Shown here: in pieces, positions 25,745 through 38,649 of the stretch | Position numbering within the stretch: the first letter of the stretch is position 1 | Layout of the letters: every line of letters begins with the position of its first letter | Source: Felis catus | Lineage: Eukaryota | DNA: 64,000 bases | Direction of reading: 5' to 3' | Assembly: GCF_018350175.1 (NCBI RefSeq) | Contig: NC_058369.1 | Location: forward strand, 7,008,001-7,072,000 | The notes under the pieces: model-generated | The model's database searches: none | Told to the model about the DNA's origin: nothing | What the model saw: only the letters and a program-made list of their open reading frames with translations | Position numbers and translations under genes: made by a program

Positions 25745-28434
25745 CAAAATAAATTAAAAAAAAATTAACATAGCTATTCTTTATCACCTTTCAGCAGTAT
25801 CCTTCTATGCCATGTGACTAAAATTTTACTTTGTTCCCTTCCCATCAGTAACGGTTAGATTTTATTAAATGTATTTTGATTTGTTTTGAAGCTATAATTA
25901 TTTTCTGAGTTATCTAATTCATGCTTCATCTTACTCCTTTTTCAGTTTGTTGCTTCTATAGTCAGTGTGAGATTAGCCTATAGATTTCTTGTTTGTATTA
26001 CATATGACCATTTTTTGTTTCAACTTTTATCCTACCTCCATACTCTTTGAGTACAAAGCACTGGGGATATGAGGAAAAGCAAATTTTTATTTTTTTTTAA
26101 CGTTTTATTTATTTCTGAGACAGAAAGAGACAGAGCATGAATGGGAGAGGGTCAGAGAGAGGGAGACACAGAATCCAAAACAGGCTCCAGGCTCTGAGCT
26201 GTCAGCACAGAGCCCAACGCGGAGCTTGAACTAACAGACCGCGAGACCATGACCTGAGCCGAAGTCGGCCGCTTAACCAACTGAACCACCCAGGCGCCCC
26301 GAAAAGCAAATTTTATAACATGTGATCTGAACTTGTGTGATTTAAAATTCGGTGGTGAGAGGGACAGATATTAATCAAATAGTTCCATAAGTAAATGCAA
26401 ATATATATAGCTATGATCTGTGCAGTGAAGCAAAATGCAGGATGCTATAAAGGTGTGGATTAGGGGACTGTGCCTGGTGGTCAGGGAAGGTTCAGGGAAG
26501 GCTCCTCTGAGGAAGTGATGACTCATCCGAGAAATAAGGATAGGAATGATCACGGGAAGACAAAGGCCCCAGCAGAGAGGGCAGTACTTACACAGGCTTA
26601 CATGTACTTACATGGCTGGGGGACGAATCACAGCATTTTTTAGAATTCCCAAGAAGGCAAAAGTGTTGGTTCTGCAGGAGTGAAAGGCCAGTGTGGTGCT
26701 TAATAAAACTGGGAATTCGGAAGGAACCAGCATATGCAGGCATGCCTGGAAAAGAAAGAAGATCTCAGACCAGCCTCCCTTGTGGGCACAGAGGCAGACA
26801 TCCTCAGATGAAAGCACCTTCCAGAGAAGATTTGTGTTTGCTTCTGCCTGAGACCCAGAATACAATTCACTCAGGACCACTTCAGACGGATCCCTCTGAC
26901 TGAAGTTTCTAGGGGAGGGTGAAGTGTAGTGTTAGAAGTCTGACTCTTTCCTGACAGCACCTTATGGATGGATTCTCTTCCTTTTTTTTTTTTTCACTCG
27001 GCATTGTGTGAAAATGCTACTTTTTAACTTTTAATTGTGACCTCCTTTCAGATTTACAGAAAAGTCGACAGAACAATATAAATAGCTCCTATGTATATCC
27101 TTTACCAGATCCCCCCAAAGTTAAATTTTGCTATCTTTACTTTTTTCTTCGTCCACTTTTCTCTCTGCCTTTGTCTTCGTGTGTGCGTGTGTCTTCAGAG
27201 CCATTTGTGAGAAAGGTGCACCACAAATGTGGTACCTCTTTACCACTACTCTTTGGTTATTTCCTAAAGTCAAAGATATTTTCTTCACATAGCCACGGCA
27301 CAATGATCAAAATCAAGATAGTTGCATTAATCTAATGCTACTCTCACATTTACAGAATGTTGACAGTTACAACTTTTGATGGTTATCCTAAGAGTGTCAT
27401 CTGTAGCAAAAGAAAATCCAAGACCATGCATTTCATTCGGTTGTCATGTCGCTCCCTTTCTTTTTAAGTTTATTTATTTATTTCGAGAGAGGAGAGGGAC
27501 AGAGAGAGAGGGAGAGAGAGAGAATCCCAAGCAGGCCCCACACTGGAGCCCAACTTGGGGTTTGAACTCACAAACCATGAGATCATGACCTAAGCAGAAA
27601 TCAAGAGTCAGATGCTTAACCTACTGAGCTGTTGACATGTCTCTTAAACTTCCTTTAATCAGGAACTGTTCCTAGACTCTCTTTGTATTTGATGACACTG
27701 GCATTTTTGAAGGGCACAGGTCAGAAACTGTGTAGAATGTCTCTCAATTTGGGTTTGTCTGATGCTTCCTAGTCGTTAGATTGAAGTCCTGCATCTTTGG
27801 GAGGAATCCCACAGAAGTAACGTTGGGTCCTTTCCGGTACCTCCTACCAGGAGGTATGTGATGTTGCTGTGTCCTATTTTGAAGCTCCGTGACCATATGA
27901 CAGGACTATTATAAAATGGATGCTTATGGGGCGCCTGGCTGGCTCAGCTGGCAGAGCACATGAGTCTTGATCTCAGGGTTGCAAATTGGAGCCTCATGTT
28001 AGGCATAGAGATTACTTAAAAAGTAATAAAATATTTAAAAAGAAATCATTTTAAAAAATAAAATAGATTGGATGTTTGAGGAGCCTAGGTGGCTCAGTCG
28101 GTTGAGTGTCTGACTTCAGCTCAGGTCATGATCTCATGGTTCCTGAGTTCGAGCCCCACATCGGGCTCTGTGCTGACAGCTCAGAGCCTGGAGCCTGCTT
28201 CGGATTCTGTGTCTCCCTCTCTCTCTGCCACTCCTCCACTCACGTTCTGTCTTTCTCTGTCTCTCAAAAATAGATAAACATTTAAAAAATTTAAAAAAAA
28301 AGAATGGATGCTCAAGATAGGTGATTGGGAATTCTAGACCCTATTCTGTAGGATTCCATTTTGGTTGTGTTATAAAATGGATTTTTTTTTTAATATAGTT
28401 GGCACACATAATATGGATTTTTAAAGGCTTTTTT

Positions 28435-28750
28435 TAAGGTTTTTATTTAAATTCCAGTTAGTTAACATACAGTGTAATATTAGTTTCAGTGAAAGAATTT
28501 ACTAATTTAACACTTACATACAATACCTGATGCTCATCACAAGTGGGTGCCTTAATCCCCATCATCACCCATTCCCGCCCCTCACCTCCCTTCTGGCAAC
28601 CCTCAGTTTGTTCTCTATAGTTAAGAGTCTGTTTCTTGGTTTGTCTCTCTCTCTTTTTTCCCCTTTGCTTGTTTGTTTTGTTTCTTAAATTCCACATATG
28701 AGTGAAATCATATGGTATTTGTCTTTCTCTGACTGACTTATGTCGCTTAA
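28435..28750 (-). mobile_element. Carnivore L1 3'-end fragment
   Basis: TTCCAGTTAGTTAACATACAGTGT..AAATTCCACATATGAGTGAAATCATATGGTATTTGTC. Confidence 0.85.
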
Positions 28751-28946
28751 GAAGGGTGGTTGCCATAAGAAACTCCATGTTTTTGGGTTTCACTTATAAG
28801 TGAATGGAGACCCATTTAGACAGAATGACTGACTTCATAAATGACTTGAGCGAAAGCCATGGTCAACATTTTTATTGCATGGAGGGTGCTGGTTTGCTAC
28901 TAATCGACGTTGCTCTTGTGTCTTCCTTCATAGATATATCAGGTAC

Positions 28947-29885
28947 ATGGAAGCAGGAAACCAAACAGGAATTTTAGAGTTCATCCTCCTTGGGTTCTCT
29001 GAGGATCCAGAACTGCAGCCCTTCATATCTGGGCTGTTCCTGTCCATGTTCCTGATCACTGTGCTCGGGAACCTGCTCATCATCCTGGCCATCTGCTCTG
29101 ACCCCCACCTCCACACACCCATGTACTTCTTCCTCTCCAACTTGTCCTTGGTCGACATCAGTTTCAGCTCCACCATCGTGCCCAGGATGCTGGTGAGCAT
29201 CCACACAGAGAACAAAGCCATCTCTTATATGGACTGCCTCACTCAGGTCTATTTTTCCATGTTTTTTCCTATCCTGGACACTCTCCTCCTGACCGTGATG
29301 GCCTATGACCGGTTTGTGGCCATCTGCCACCCCCTGCACTACATGGTCATCATGAACCCACCCCTCTGTGGCCTGCTGGTTTTTGTTACCTGGTTTATCG
29401 GTGTCATGACCTCCCTTCTTCATATCTTTCTGATGATGCATCTGAGATTCTGTGGAGATCTCAAAATTCCACATTTCTTCTGTGAACTGACACAGATCCT
29501 CAAGTTGGCCTGCTCTGACACCTTCCTGAACAGCACATTGATATACTTTATGACTGGTGTGCTAGGTGTTTTTCCCCTTGTCGGGATCCTTTTCTCCTAC
29601 TCACGAATTGCTTCATCCATAAGGAAGATGTCTTCAGCTGGGGGAAGGCAAAAAGCATTCTCCACCTGTGGGTCTCACCTCTCAGTGGTTTCTTTATTTT
29701 ATGGGACAGGTGTTGGAGTTTACTTCACTTCTGCAGTGACTCACTCCCCCAAGAAAGTCTCAGTGGCCTCGGTGATGTACACCGTGGTCACTCCTATGCT
29801 GAACCCCTTCATCTACAGCCTGAGGAACAAGGATGTGAAGGGGGCGCTGAGAAGGCTTTTCAGTAGAGTGGCTTCTTGTCTGTGA
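28947..29885 (+). CDS. OR7D2: Olfactory receptor 7D2 orthologue (312 aa)
   Basis: All OR motifs are intact. Segments [57 protein letters not shown] and the C-terminal ASCL match human OR7D2 as I recall it. Acceptor TCTTCCTTCATAG (AG 28932-28933) lies 13 nt before the ATG. Confidence 0.9.
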   Translation: MEAGNQTGILEFILLGFSEDPELQPFISGLFLSMFLITVLGNLLIILAICSDPHLHTPMYFFLSNLSLVDISFSSTIVPRMLVSIHTENKAISYMDCLTQVYFSMFFPILDTLLLTVMAYDRFVAICHPLHYMVIMNPPLCGLLVFVTWFIGVMTSLLHIFLMMHLRFCGDLKIPHFFCELTQILKLACSDTFLNSTLIYFMTGVLGVFPLVGILFSYSRIASSIRKMSSAGGRQKAFSTCGSHLSVVSLFYGTGVGVYFTSAVTHSPKKVSVASVMYTVVTPMLNPFIYSLRNKDVKGALRRLFSRVASCL

Positions 29886-30819
29886 CGGATCTGCTGGCCC
29901 CAAAACTACGAAATTTTATGGATCCTAAGAGCAAAAACTTTTATTCTGGAGTTTACTCTTGAATCTTACACACCTTTCACCCAATTCTGAAGGATCAATG
30001 ACTTATCTCTCCTAGTTTTTACAAATTTTTAAACAACCAATTTCCTCATAATTTATGTGATGATATTTCTGCCCCATCTGTTGTCCCAAAGTTATGTCCT
30101 CCACTTTCTTTCTTACTTCCTCACTGGTGAGTTCTAACCTGGATTTGGAGCGTTAACTTCAGCCTTGTTGTCTGAAATGTTGATGGAGAGTGCAGTTGTT
30201 CATATTAACTTATTTCTATGTGTTTTGTTGTGGGTTTGTGTTGTTCATGTGCATGTATTACCAACAGTGTTCTGGAGTTTTTTTTTTAACTGGATAAAAT
30301 ATGATTTTAAAACATAATAAAATAAAGTCAATGTTTTAGTGCTTATTATATGGTAAACCTATGTTAGCTGCTCTCTATTTTCTTAAGTATCTTCCTCAAT
30401 GGCAATGATTACTGTCTCCATTAAAAAAAATTTTTTTTAGTGTTTATTTTTGAGAGAGACGAAGACAGAATGCGAGTAGGTCAGGGGCAGAGAGAGAGGG
30501 AGACACAGAATCTGAAGCAGGCTCCAGGCTCTGAGCTGTCAGCACTGAACCCAGCCTGGGACTCAAACTCATGAATGGCGAGATCTGGACCTGAGCTGAA
30601 GTCGGATGCTCAACCGACTGAAGCCACCCAGGCACCCCACTGTCTCCAGTTTAGAGGTAAGGAAATTTGAGACTCTAAAGAGCCCAAAGCAACAGAGGGA
30701 CCAAGTGGCAAAACCAGGATTCAAATCCAGAACTCGGACCCTGAACCCATATTCTTACCTAACAGGCTGCACAGCTTTTCACATGGATTTCAATGTGTAC
30801 ATCTGAATGGTGGATTTTA

Positions 30820-31230
30820 TTGCTTGGTGGACAATATTTCTGGTTATTCTCTCCTTTCGGATATCTAAGAGAATAGTATTTTCTTTCTCCCTTGAAATTA
30901 AAGCTGGTAATATGTTTTCACGTGTCTAATAAAATGTGAGTGGAAGTGTGATGTGTCCCTTCTCCGTTAAAACAAAGTAAGAGCTGGCACATTATTCTTT
31001 GTACTCCCTCTTCCCTTGATATGGCTGTTGTGGAGTGAAGTGATCATCCACAGAGTCTAGAAAGCTGGCCAATAGGCAGAGGACTCCCCTGGATCGTTGC
31101 CCAAGTTGGTAGATACTTTTCATGAACAGGAAATAAGCTTTTGTTTGATTAAATCAGTAACATTTTAGTTCTATTACATACTGTTGCTGTGTCAACGTCA
31201 GCATAGCCTAATTTACTCTGACTGTTATGT
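30820..31230 (+). mobile_element. Old MLT1-type LTR
   Basis: AATAAAATGTGAGTGGAAGTG and GAAATAAGCTTTTGTT..GCATAGCCTA motifs. Confidence 0.55.
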
Positions 31231-31533
31231 ATCCCAAGGCTGGAAATCCAAATTTGAGAGTTTACCTACTCTGATGATTTTTACTGTTATGCTAAGAGTA
31301 AGTCTGAGATCTCCTTTTTCATTCCTTTGCAATCTTTCCACTTCCTTTTGAGAGCTTTAATTCAATTTTACATTAATACTTATACACACACACATGTATA
31401 TACACATACAGAAACATATGTTAATCTATACATGGCCTGCATCCTTGAAAGAGGAGAATTCATTTATTATTGTGCCAGAAATGCTCTTTCAATGGGAGGT
31501 AAGTTCCTCTGAAGTAGAAATCCTGTATATCTT

Positions 31534-31759
31534 TTTTTTTTTTAATTTTTTTTTCAATGTTTATTTTTATTTTTGGGACAGAGAGAGACAGAGCATGAAC
31601 GGGGGAGGGGCAGAGAGAGAGGGAGACACAGAATCGGAAACAGGCTCCAGGCTCTGAGCCATCAGCCCAGAGCCCTATGCGGGGCTCGAACTCACGGACC
31701 GCGAGATCGTAACCTGGCTGAAGTCGGACGCTTAACCGACTGTGCCACCCAGGCGCCCC
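31534..31759 (-). mobile_element. Young felid SINE
   Basis: TSD GAAATCCTGTATATCTT at 31517-31533 and 31760-31776. Confidence 0.95.
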
Positions 31760-33164
31760 GAAATCCTGTATATCTTAAAATAAGACTAGCACTGTCCACT
31801 TGTAGGACTGTGGAGGTATCACATTGTCTAACTGGACCACTTAAGAATATTGAGTCTAGTTCCCAAAATGGTAATTTGAGGGGCACCTAAATGGCTCAGT
31901 TGGTTGAGCGACCGACTTCGACTCAGGTCATGATCTTGCAGTCGTTGAGTTCAAGCCCCACATTGGGCTCTCGGCTGTCAGCACAGAACCCTCTTTGGAT
32001 CCTCTGCCCCCTCACCACCACTCCCCCCCCCCCCCCGCCTCCCACACTTGTGTGCACTCTCTCTTTCTCTCTCTCAGATGAATACACACTTAAAAATGGT
32101 AATTGGAATAGGGTTTTTAACATAAAATTCCATTCTGTTAGTGTCATAATTCATAATCTCCTTCCAGTTTGATATGTGATATCTCTGATATGGCATGATA
32201 TGGGTTGTGATTTTGCATCATGTTAAAATTTTTGTCTATGTATTGTAACAAATATATTTTTCAACATTTCTTTATAATAGTTCAAATATGTATTTTCTTT
32301 TTAAAAATGTTTGTTTTGTGAGAAAGAGAGTACGAACAGAGGAGGGACACAGAGAGAGAGAGAGGGAGAGAGAATCCCAAGCTGTCTCCATGCTGTCAGC
32401 ATGGAGCCCAACAGGGGGCTCAATCCCATGAACCTCATGATCATGATCTGAACTGAAATCAAGAGTCAGATGCTCAACTGACCGAACCACCCAGGCACCC
32501 CTCAAATATATATTTTCATTTTAAAAATTTAAAATTTACTCCACCTATGATGTATTTCTGTTCAGTAGGATATAGAGATCTCTTCTTTCCCTATGAAAAA
32601 CAAATTTGTTCTAACAGTTTATACTAGTCTTTCCTTTCCCACTGACTTCTAAAGGCACTTTCTAAAATTCTCAAACCACAGTTTTCCCCCTATTCTGAGG
32701 TCAAGTATCTGGTCTAACCCCAGCCATGCCATCTACATCAGATTGGTCAGCTTCTCTGTACTTCTGTCAGTCATCTCTAAAATAACAATAACAGATGTCA
32801 GGGGTGCTGTACATATTAAATGAGCTAATAATTATAAAGACTATGGTGTTTACTGTTGGCTTTGTTAGTAAGCTTTATTGATACTGTTACATGTTTTTAT
32901 ATTCATACTGATAAGCCACATCTTTGACTTAGGGAGCCACCAGACACTTAGCAGTCCTTTTACAATTGCTATTTAAGTATTCTGATTGGCAAGGAACATG
33001 TAGCTCAGACTCCAATGGGATATTTTTTAGAAGGAATCCTGAACTATGAGATCTTACCTAAGAAGAGAAGAGTTTCCACTGTGAAGAAAAACATGATCAC
33101 CTTCAAATTCTCCACATTGGAATAGAATTGTCAAGCACATTTTCCATTATATTATCATTCTCTC

Positions 33165-33718
33165 TCCCAACTAGCTAAACTGTTTAGAAATAAAGTAATA
33201 AGGGGAGCCTGGCTGGCTCAGTTGCTGGAGTGTGAGACTCTTGGTCTTGGAGTTATGTGTTCCTGCCCCACATTGGGTCTAGAGATAGTTTAAAAATCTT
33301 TTTTTTTTTAATTTTTTTTCAACGTTTATTTATTTTTGGGACAGAGAGAAACAGAGCATGAACGGGGGAGGGGCAGAGAGAGAGGGAGACACAGAATCGG
33401 AAACAGGCTCCAGGCTCTGAGCCATCAGCCCAGAGCCCGACGCGGGGCTCGAACTCACGGACCGCGAGATTGTGACCTGGCTGAAGTCGGACGCTCAACC
33501 GACTGCGCCACCCAGGCGCCCCGAAAAAGAAAATCTTGAAAGAGAGAAAGAAAGAAAGGAAGGAAGGAAGGAAGGAAGAAAGGAAGGAAGGAAGAAAGAA
33601 AGAGGGAGGGAGGAAGGGAGGGAGGGAGGAAGGAAAAAGAAAAAGAGAAGAAAAAAAAGAAAAGGAACATTTATTTAATTAGGAGTTTTAAGATTTCAAC
33701 CTTGGATGTCCCTGAGAG
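33165..33718 (+). promoter_or_regulatory. Disrupted promoter remnant of the OR pseudogene
   Basis: TCCCAACTAGCTAAACTGTTTAGAAA (33165) aligns to the 40166 promoter. ATTTATTTAATTAG is at 33669-33682, separated from it by about 460 bp of SINE/GA-rich insertion. TCCCTGAGAG at 33709. Confidence 0.6.
33202..33660. mobile_element. Older + SINE with a GA-rich tail, containing a nested young - SINE (33301-33522)
   Basis: SINE head GGGGAGCCTGGCTGGCTCAG at 33202. The inner element is flanked by AAAATCTT (33293 and 33530). Confidence 0.85.
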
Positions 33719-35053
33719 GGTAAATGTTGTTTGTCTGCCCCTTTGCTTTCAACTCACTGACCAGGACAGTAAGAATAATATTGTTGTCCTGCTGACCCCA
33801 GGTTGGCTTGGATTCCATAATAAACCCTATTTTTGGAGTGTACCATCCATCAGTACAACCATGTTCTTCTTTCCCACTATAGTCTGGGTGATCCATTTGG
33901 ACTTAGTAAATGCTTTTGGAAAGAGGAGTGTCTAACATGTGCATAGAGAGTTTTTGCTAGCAGTAACTCCAGGAACAAGGACAGTAATGGCCAAGAGAGC
34001 CTAGTTAAAAATCCCTAGAGATTTTAGATTTGTGGCTTTGAAGGGTACTTCAGACTCTGGAGTGGATGAAATAATGATGATTATGAGAGCAAACATGCTT
34101 ATCATATTTATAAATTTAATAGTTTCTGTATCTCATCAACTCTATCCCCTCAGATTATTAACCAGAATCTGACGTTCATTTCCAAATTTCCAGGAGAGAA
34201 ACTATTTAGCCAGGTTGGACCAGACACTGCTCTCTGATCCAATTAGCCATTGGATCACAGGGCCACAGAGCAAAGTGGCCCACCAACACCCACAGATCGG
34301 CTACAATATGAAAGAAATGTGGGGGAAAGCAGAATTATCCAAGAGGCAAATTTCAGCCCAAAAGAAGGAAGGATGTTCAAACCACTGATGTTCTATATTT
34401 CAAATGGACTGATTCTGAGCTGGACATCCCAGAGGTTGATGGTCCATTGAGATAGATCTGAAGGCATGGCTACTTTGTGATAAAGATCATAAGGAGGAAT
34501 AGATTACCCCCCGTAATGATAACTGTACAAGAAAATGGCATCTGTAATCCTTTTTTTGATGGATGAATATCAGATTGCTAGTGAAAATGTATAATTTTGT
34601 TTTTCTTTGGGTATTCATATCATAAAAATATTTTTATATCTGAGGGCTCCTATTCAGAATAGCAGCTGTTGTTGTTGTAAAGTAGGCTCCATGCCCAACG
34701 TGGGGCTTGAACTCATGACCAGAGACCAAGAGTTGCATGCTCTACCAACTGAGTCAGCCAGACACCCTTCCTTTTTTTTTTTTTTATTTTTGTTGACTTT
34801 TTAATTCATTTTTGAGAGACAGAGACAGAGCACAAGGGTGGGTGGAGCAGAGAGAGAGACACAGAATATGAAGCAGGCTCCAGGCTCTGAGCTGTCAGCA
34901 CAGATTCCAACGCGGGGCTCGAACCCACGAACCATGAGATCATGACCTGAGCCAAAGTCGGACGCTTAACCAACGGAGCCACCCAGGAGCCCCCCTATTT
35001 GTTTGTTTTAATTAGCATTGCTTTGCCTGTTTCCTGGCAGAATTATCAGCTAC

Positions 35054-35435
35054 ATGGATGCAGGAAACCAAACAGGTGTCTCAGAATTCTCTCCTTGGGA
35101 CTCTACTCTTTGGGCTGTTCTTGTCCATATACCTGGTCACCATGCTTGGGAACCTACTTATCATTCTGGCCATCAGCTCTGATTAGGACCTCCACATGCC
35201 CATGTAGTTCATTCTCTTCCACTTGTCTTTTTCGATACTTGTTTCAATTCCACCATGGTTCCAGTAATGCTGGTGAACATCCATACAGAGAACAAAGCCA
35301 TCACCCATGCAGGTTGCATCACTCAGATGTATTTCTTGTATAGTGTTTGGGTATTTGGACTTTTTCCTCCAGGCCATAATGGCCTAGTACCAGTTTGTGG
35401 CCATCTGCCACCTCCTTCACAACACAGCCATCATT
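35054..35435 (+). pseudogene. Truncated OR7D-like olfactory receptor pseudogene
   Basis: Acceptor AG at 35039-35040, then ATG 35054 MDAGNQTGVSEF. Remnants [52 protein letters not shown] and [13 protein letters not shown] stops at 35184, 35205 and 35385, plus frameshifts. Homology ends near 35435. Confidence 0.92.
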
Positions 35436-36069
35436 GGTATGATCTGTAGTCAGCCAATTTTTGTCTGACTATACATGACAAAACTGTACCAAATGGTAGG
35501 CATTCAAATATTTGTCAAATGAATTAAACCAAATTTGAACACCTTTTTTTTTTTTTTTAGAGAGTGCAAGTGGGGAAGGGGGCAGAGAGAGAGAGAGAGA
35601 GAGAGAGTGCACAAGAGAGAGAATCTTAAGCAGACTCTATGCTCAGCGTGGAGCCCAATGCAGGGCTCAGTCCCAGGATCCTGGGATCATGACCTGAGCT
35701 GTCAAGAGACAGATGCACAATTGACCTAGCTACCTAGATGTCCCTGAACCACCTTTTTTGAAATAAATGTGGAATAATAGGTTTTAACCATAGACTCATA
35801 GAGGTAGAAAAGAACTTTGTGTCATTCATTTCACTTCATATTTTTTTAAATTTTGTTAATTTTTTAAAGTTTATGTCTTTATTTTGAGAGAGAGAGAGCA
35901 AATAGGGTAGGGACACAGAGAGAGGCAGGAAGGAGAGACAGAATCCCAAGCAGGCTGGGCATTGTCAGTGCAGAGCCTGACACAGGCTCAAACTCATCAA
36001 CTGTGAGATCATGAACTGGGATGAAATTAAGAGCTGGACGTTTTTTTGTTTTTTTGTTGTTGTTTTTTT

Positions 36070-36108
<39 letters not shown>

Positions 36109-36452
36109 AGGGGAGGGGCAGAGAGAGAGAGGGAGACACAGAATCCAAAGCAGGCTCCAGGCTGTGAGCTGTCAGCACAGAGCCCGATGCGGGCTTGAAC
36201 TCACAAACTGTGAGATCATGACCTGAGCCAAAGTCAGCCACTTAACTGACTGAGCCACCCAGGCACCCCAAGAGTCGGACGTTTAACTGACTGACCCACC
36301 CAGGTGTCCCCCACCACCCCCACTATGTTTTCTAAATGAGAGGATGGATTTCCTTGAACAAGGGTGAATTCCCAGTAATGGATCCATTGATGCCAAGGAC
36401 TGTTTGGGGAAGATCAGAGTTCTCTCTGGCAACAAATGTGTCATTAGTCTTT

Positions 36453-37185
36453 TTTTTTTTAATTTAAATATTTTTTAATTTTTTTAACCTTTTCTGTATA
36501 ATTAATATACAGTGCTATGTTAATCTCGGGTGTACAATAGAATGATTTGACAATTCTTTACATTACTCAGTGTTCATCGTGACAAGTGTACTCCTAATCC
36601 CCTTCACCTATTTCCTCCATCCCCCACCACCTTCCCTCTGGCAACCACCAGTTTGTTCTCTATAGTTAGGAGTCTGGCTTTTTGTTTGTCTCTTTTTTTC
36701 TTTGTTTTGTTTCTCAAATTCCACATAGGAGTGAAATCACATGGTATTTGTCTTTTCTGATTGACCTATTTTATTTATTTCATATCTAGATCCATCCATG
36801 TTGTTGTAAATGGCAAGATTTTATTCTTTTTTATGGTGTAGTAATAGAATTACCATATGATTCACTAATTCTGCAACTGCGTATTTACCCAAAGAATACA
36901 AAAACACTAATTCAAAGAGACATGTGCCACCATGTGTATTGCAGATTTATTTACAATAGCCAAGACGGAAGTAACCCAAGTGTCCATCAGTAGATGAATG
37001 GATAAAGATGTATATACATATATATGTGTGTATATATATGTATATATATACACATATACACATATGTGTATATACACATATATATATATGTGTATATACA
37101 CATATATATATATGTGTATATATATACATATATATACACACATACACACGCAATGGAATATTAGTCATAAAAAAGAATGAAATCA
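36453..37185. mobile_element. 5'-inverted (twin-primed) L1 insertion containing a (TA/CA)n expansion
   Basis: 36453-36845 is an antisense L1 3' end and 36846-37190 is a sense L1 segment. Imperfect TSD TGYCATTARTCTTT at 36439 and 37186. Confidence 0.75.
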
Positions 37186-37248
37186 TGCCATTAATCTTTG
37201 TAGTAGCCCTTCACATCCTTATTGGAAGCTCATTTCTTCTTTAATACT

Positions 37249-37623
37249 TGCTATGGATTGAATGTCTGTCTCCCCAAAATTCCTATGTTGAAACCCTACC
37301 CCCCAGTGTGATGGTATTAGGAGGTGGAGCCTTGGAAGGTCATTAGGATTAGAAGAGGTCATAGAGATAAAATCTTCACGAATGCAACTAATATCCCTAT
37401 CAGAGTTGCAAGAGGATTTGCTTCTTCTCTCTGCCTTATGTGGATACAATGAGAAGTCAGCTATGTGCAACCCAGAAAAGGGGTCTCGCCAGAACCTGAT
37501 TGTGTTGGCTCCCTTCTCTCAGAGACTTCTAACCTCCAGAATTGTGAGAAATATTTTTGCTGTTGCTGTTTAAAGCCATGCAGTTTATGATATTTTATTA
37601 TAGCAGCCCAAACTGACTATGAC
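37249..37623 (+). mobile_element. MLT1A/B-type MaLR solo LTR
   Basis: TGCTATGGATTGAATGTCTGTCTCCCCAAAATTCCTATGTTGAAACCCTA..TATAGCAGCCCAAACTGACTA. Confidence 0.85.
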
Positions 37624-38383
37624 CTCACTGTTCAAGTAGATGAAAGAATTTGTATGATCCATCTATTTTTTAATGTTTATTTATTTTTGAGAGAGAGAGA
37701 GAGAGAGAGAGAACACAAGCAGAGGAGGGGTAGGAAGAGGGAGGGAGACAGAGAATCTGAAGCAAGCTCCAGGCTCTGAGCTGTCAGCATGGAGCCTGAT
37801 GCAGGGCTTGAACTTATGAACCATGAGATCACGACCTGAGCAAAAGTTGGATGCTCAACAGTCTGAGCCACCCAGGTGCCCCTAATCCATCTAGTTTTAG
37901 ATACAATTTCCCACATGACCAATATTCTCTCTATATACTTCAATTTGTCAACTTTCCTGTTGTCAAAATCTCCAGATTTTCTCTAATTTTTTGATATGAA
38001 TAATTTGAGCCTTATCATCCTGTTTTAAAATAATTGTTTGGGGCACCTGGGTGGCTCAGTTGGTTAAGCATGCACCTCTTGGTTTGGCTCAGGTCATGAT
38101 CTCATGGTTTTCTTGGTTTGAGCACCACATTGGACTCTGCACTGGTAGTGCAGAGCCTGCTTGGGATTCTCTCTCTCTCCCTCTCTCTCTCTGAGCCTCC
38201 CCCAATCACATTGTCTCTGTTTCTTTCCAAAGGAGTAAATAAACTTTTAAAAAAAGTAAAATAAAATAATTATTTGTCTAATGAGTATGTTCAGGGTTCA
38301 AAAATTCAAAAGTTTTGAAAGTTTATTTTTAAAAAGTTTTGAAAAGGTAGACCATGTAAAACACCTATCTCATGGCTATTAAT

Positions 38384-38560
38384 GAAGGAAGGAGGGATAG
38401 AGGGAGGGAGGAAGGGAGGGAGAAAGGGAGAGGAGGAAGAAGGGAGGGAAGAAGGGAGGGAGGGAGGGGAAGAAGGAGTGAGGGAGGAAGCAAAGAAGGG
38501 AGGAAGGAAGGGAGAGGGGAGGAACGGAGGAAGGGAGGAAGGAAGAGAGGAAGGGAGGGA
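38384..38560. repeat. GA-rich (GGAA/GGGA) low-complexity tract
   Basis: Seen directly. Confidence 0.9.
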
Positions 38561-38649
38561 AAAAACATTGAGTTTGTTGTTGGAAAGATTCAGTTTCACG
38601 TCCCTCGCAGATAATTTCCACTTGGCAGTGGCATGGGTTGATCTTGTGT

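Noticed and set aside
28928..29474. Antisense ORFs overlapping OR CDSs (also 12807-13025, 43607-43813, 61693-61998)
   Set aside because: Shadow frames of conserved OR codons.
31573..31890. Recurrent ORFs GQRETEHERGRGRERGRHRI.. and MAQSVE..SAQVMIS.. resembling a protein family
   Set aside because: These are translations of Can-SINE sequence.
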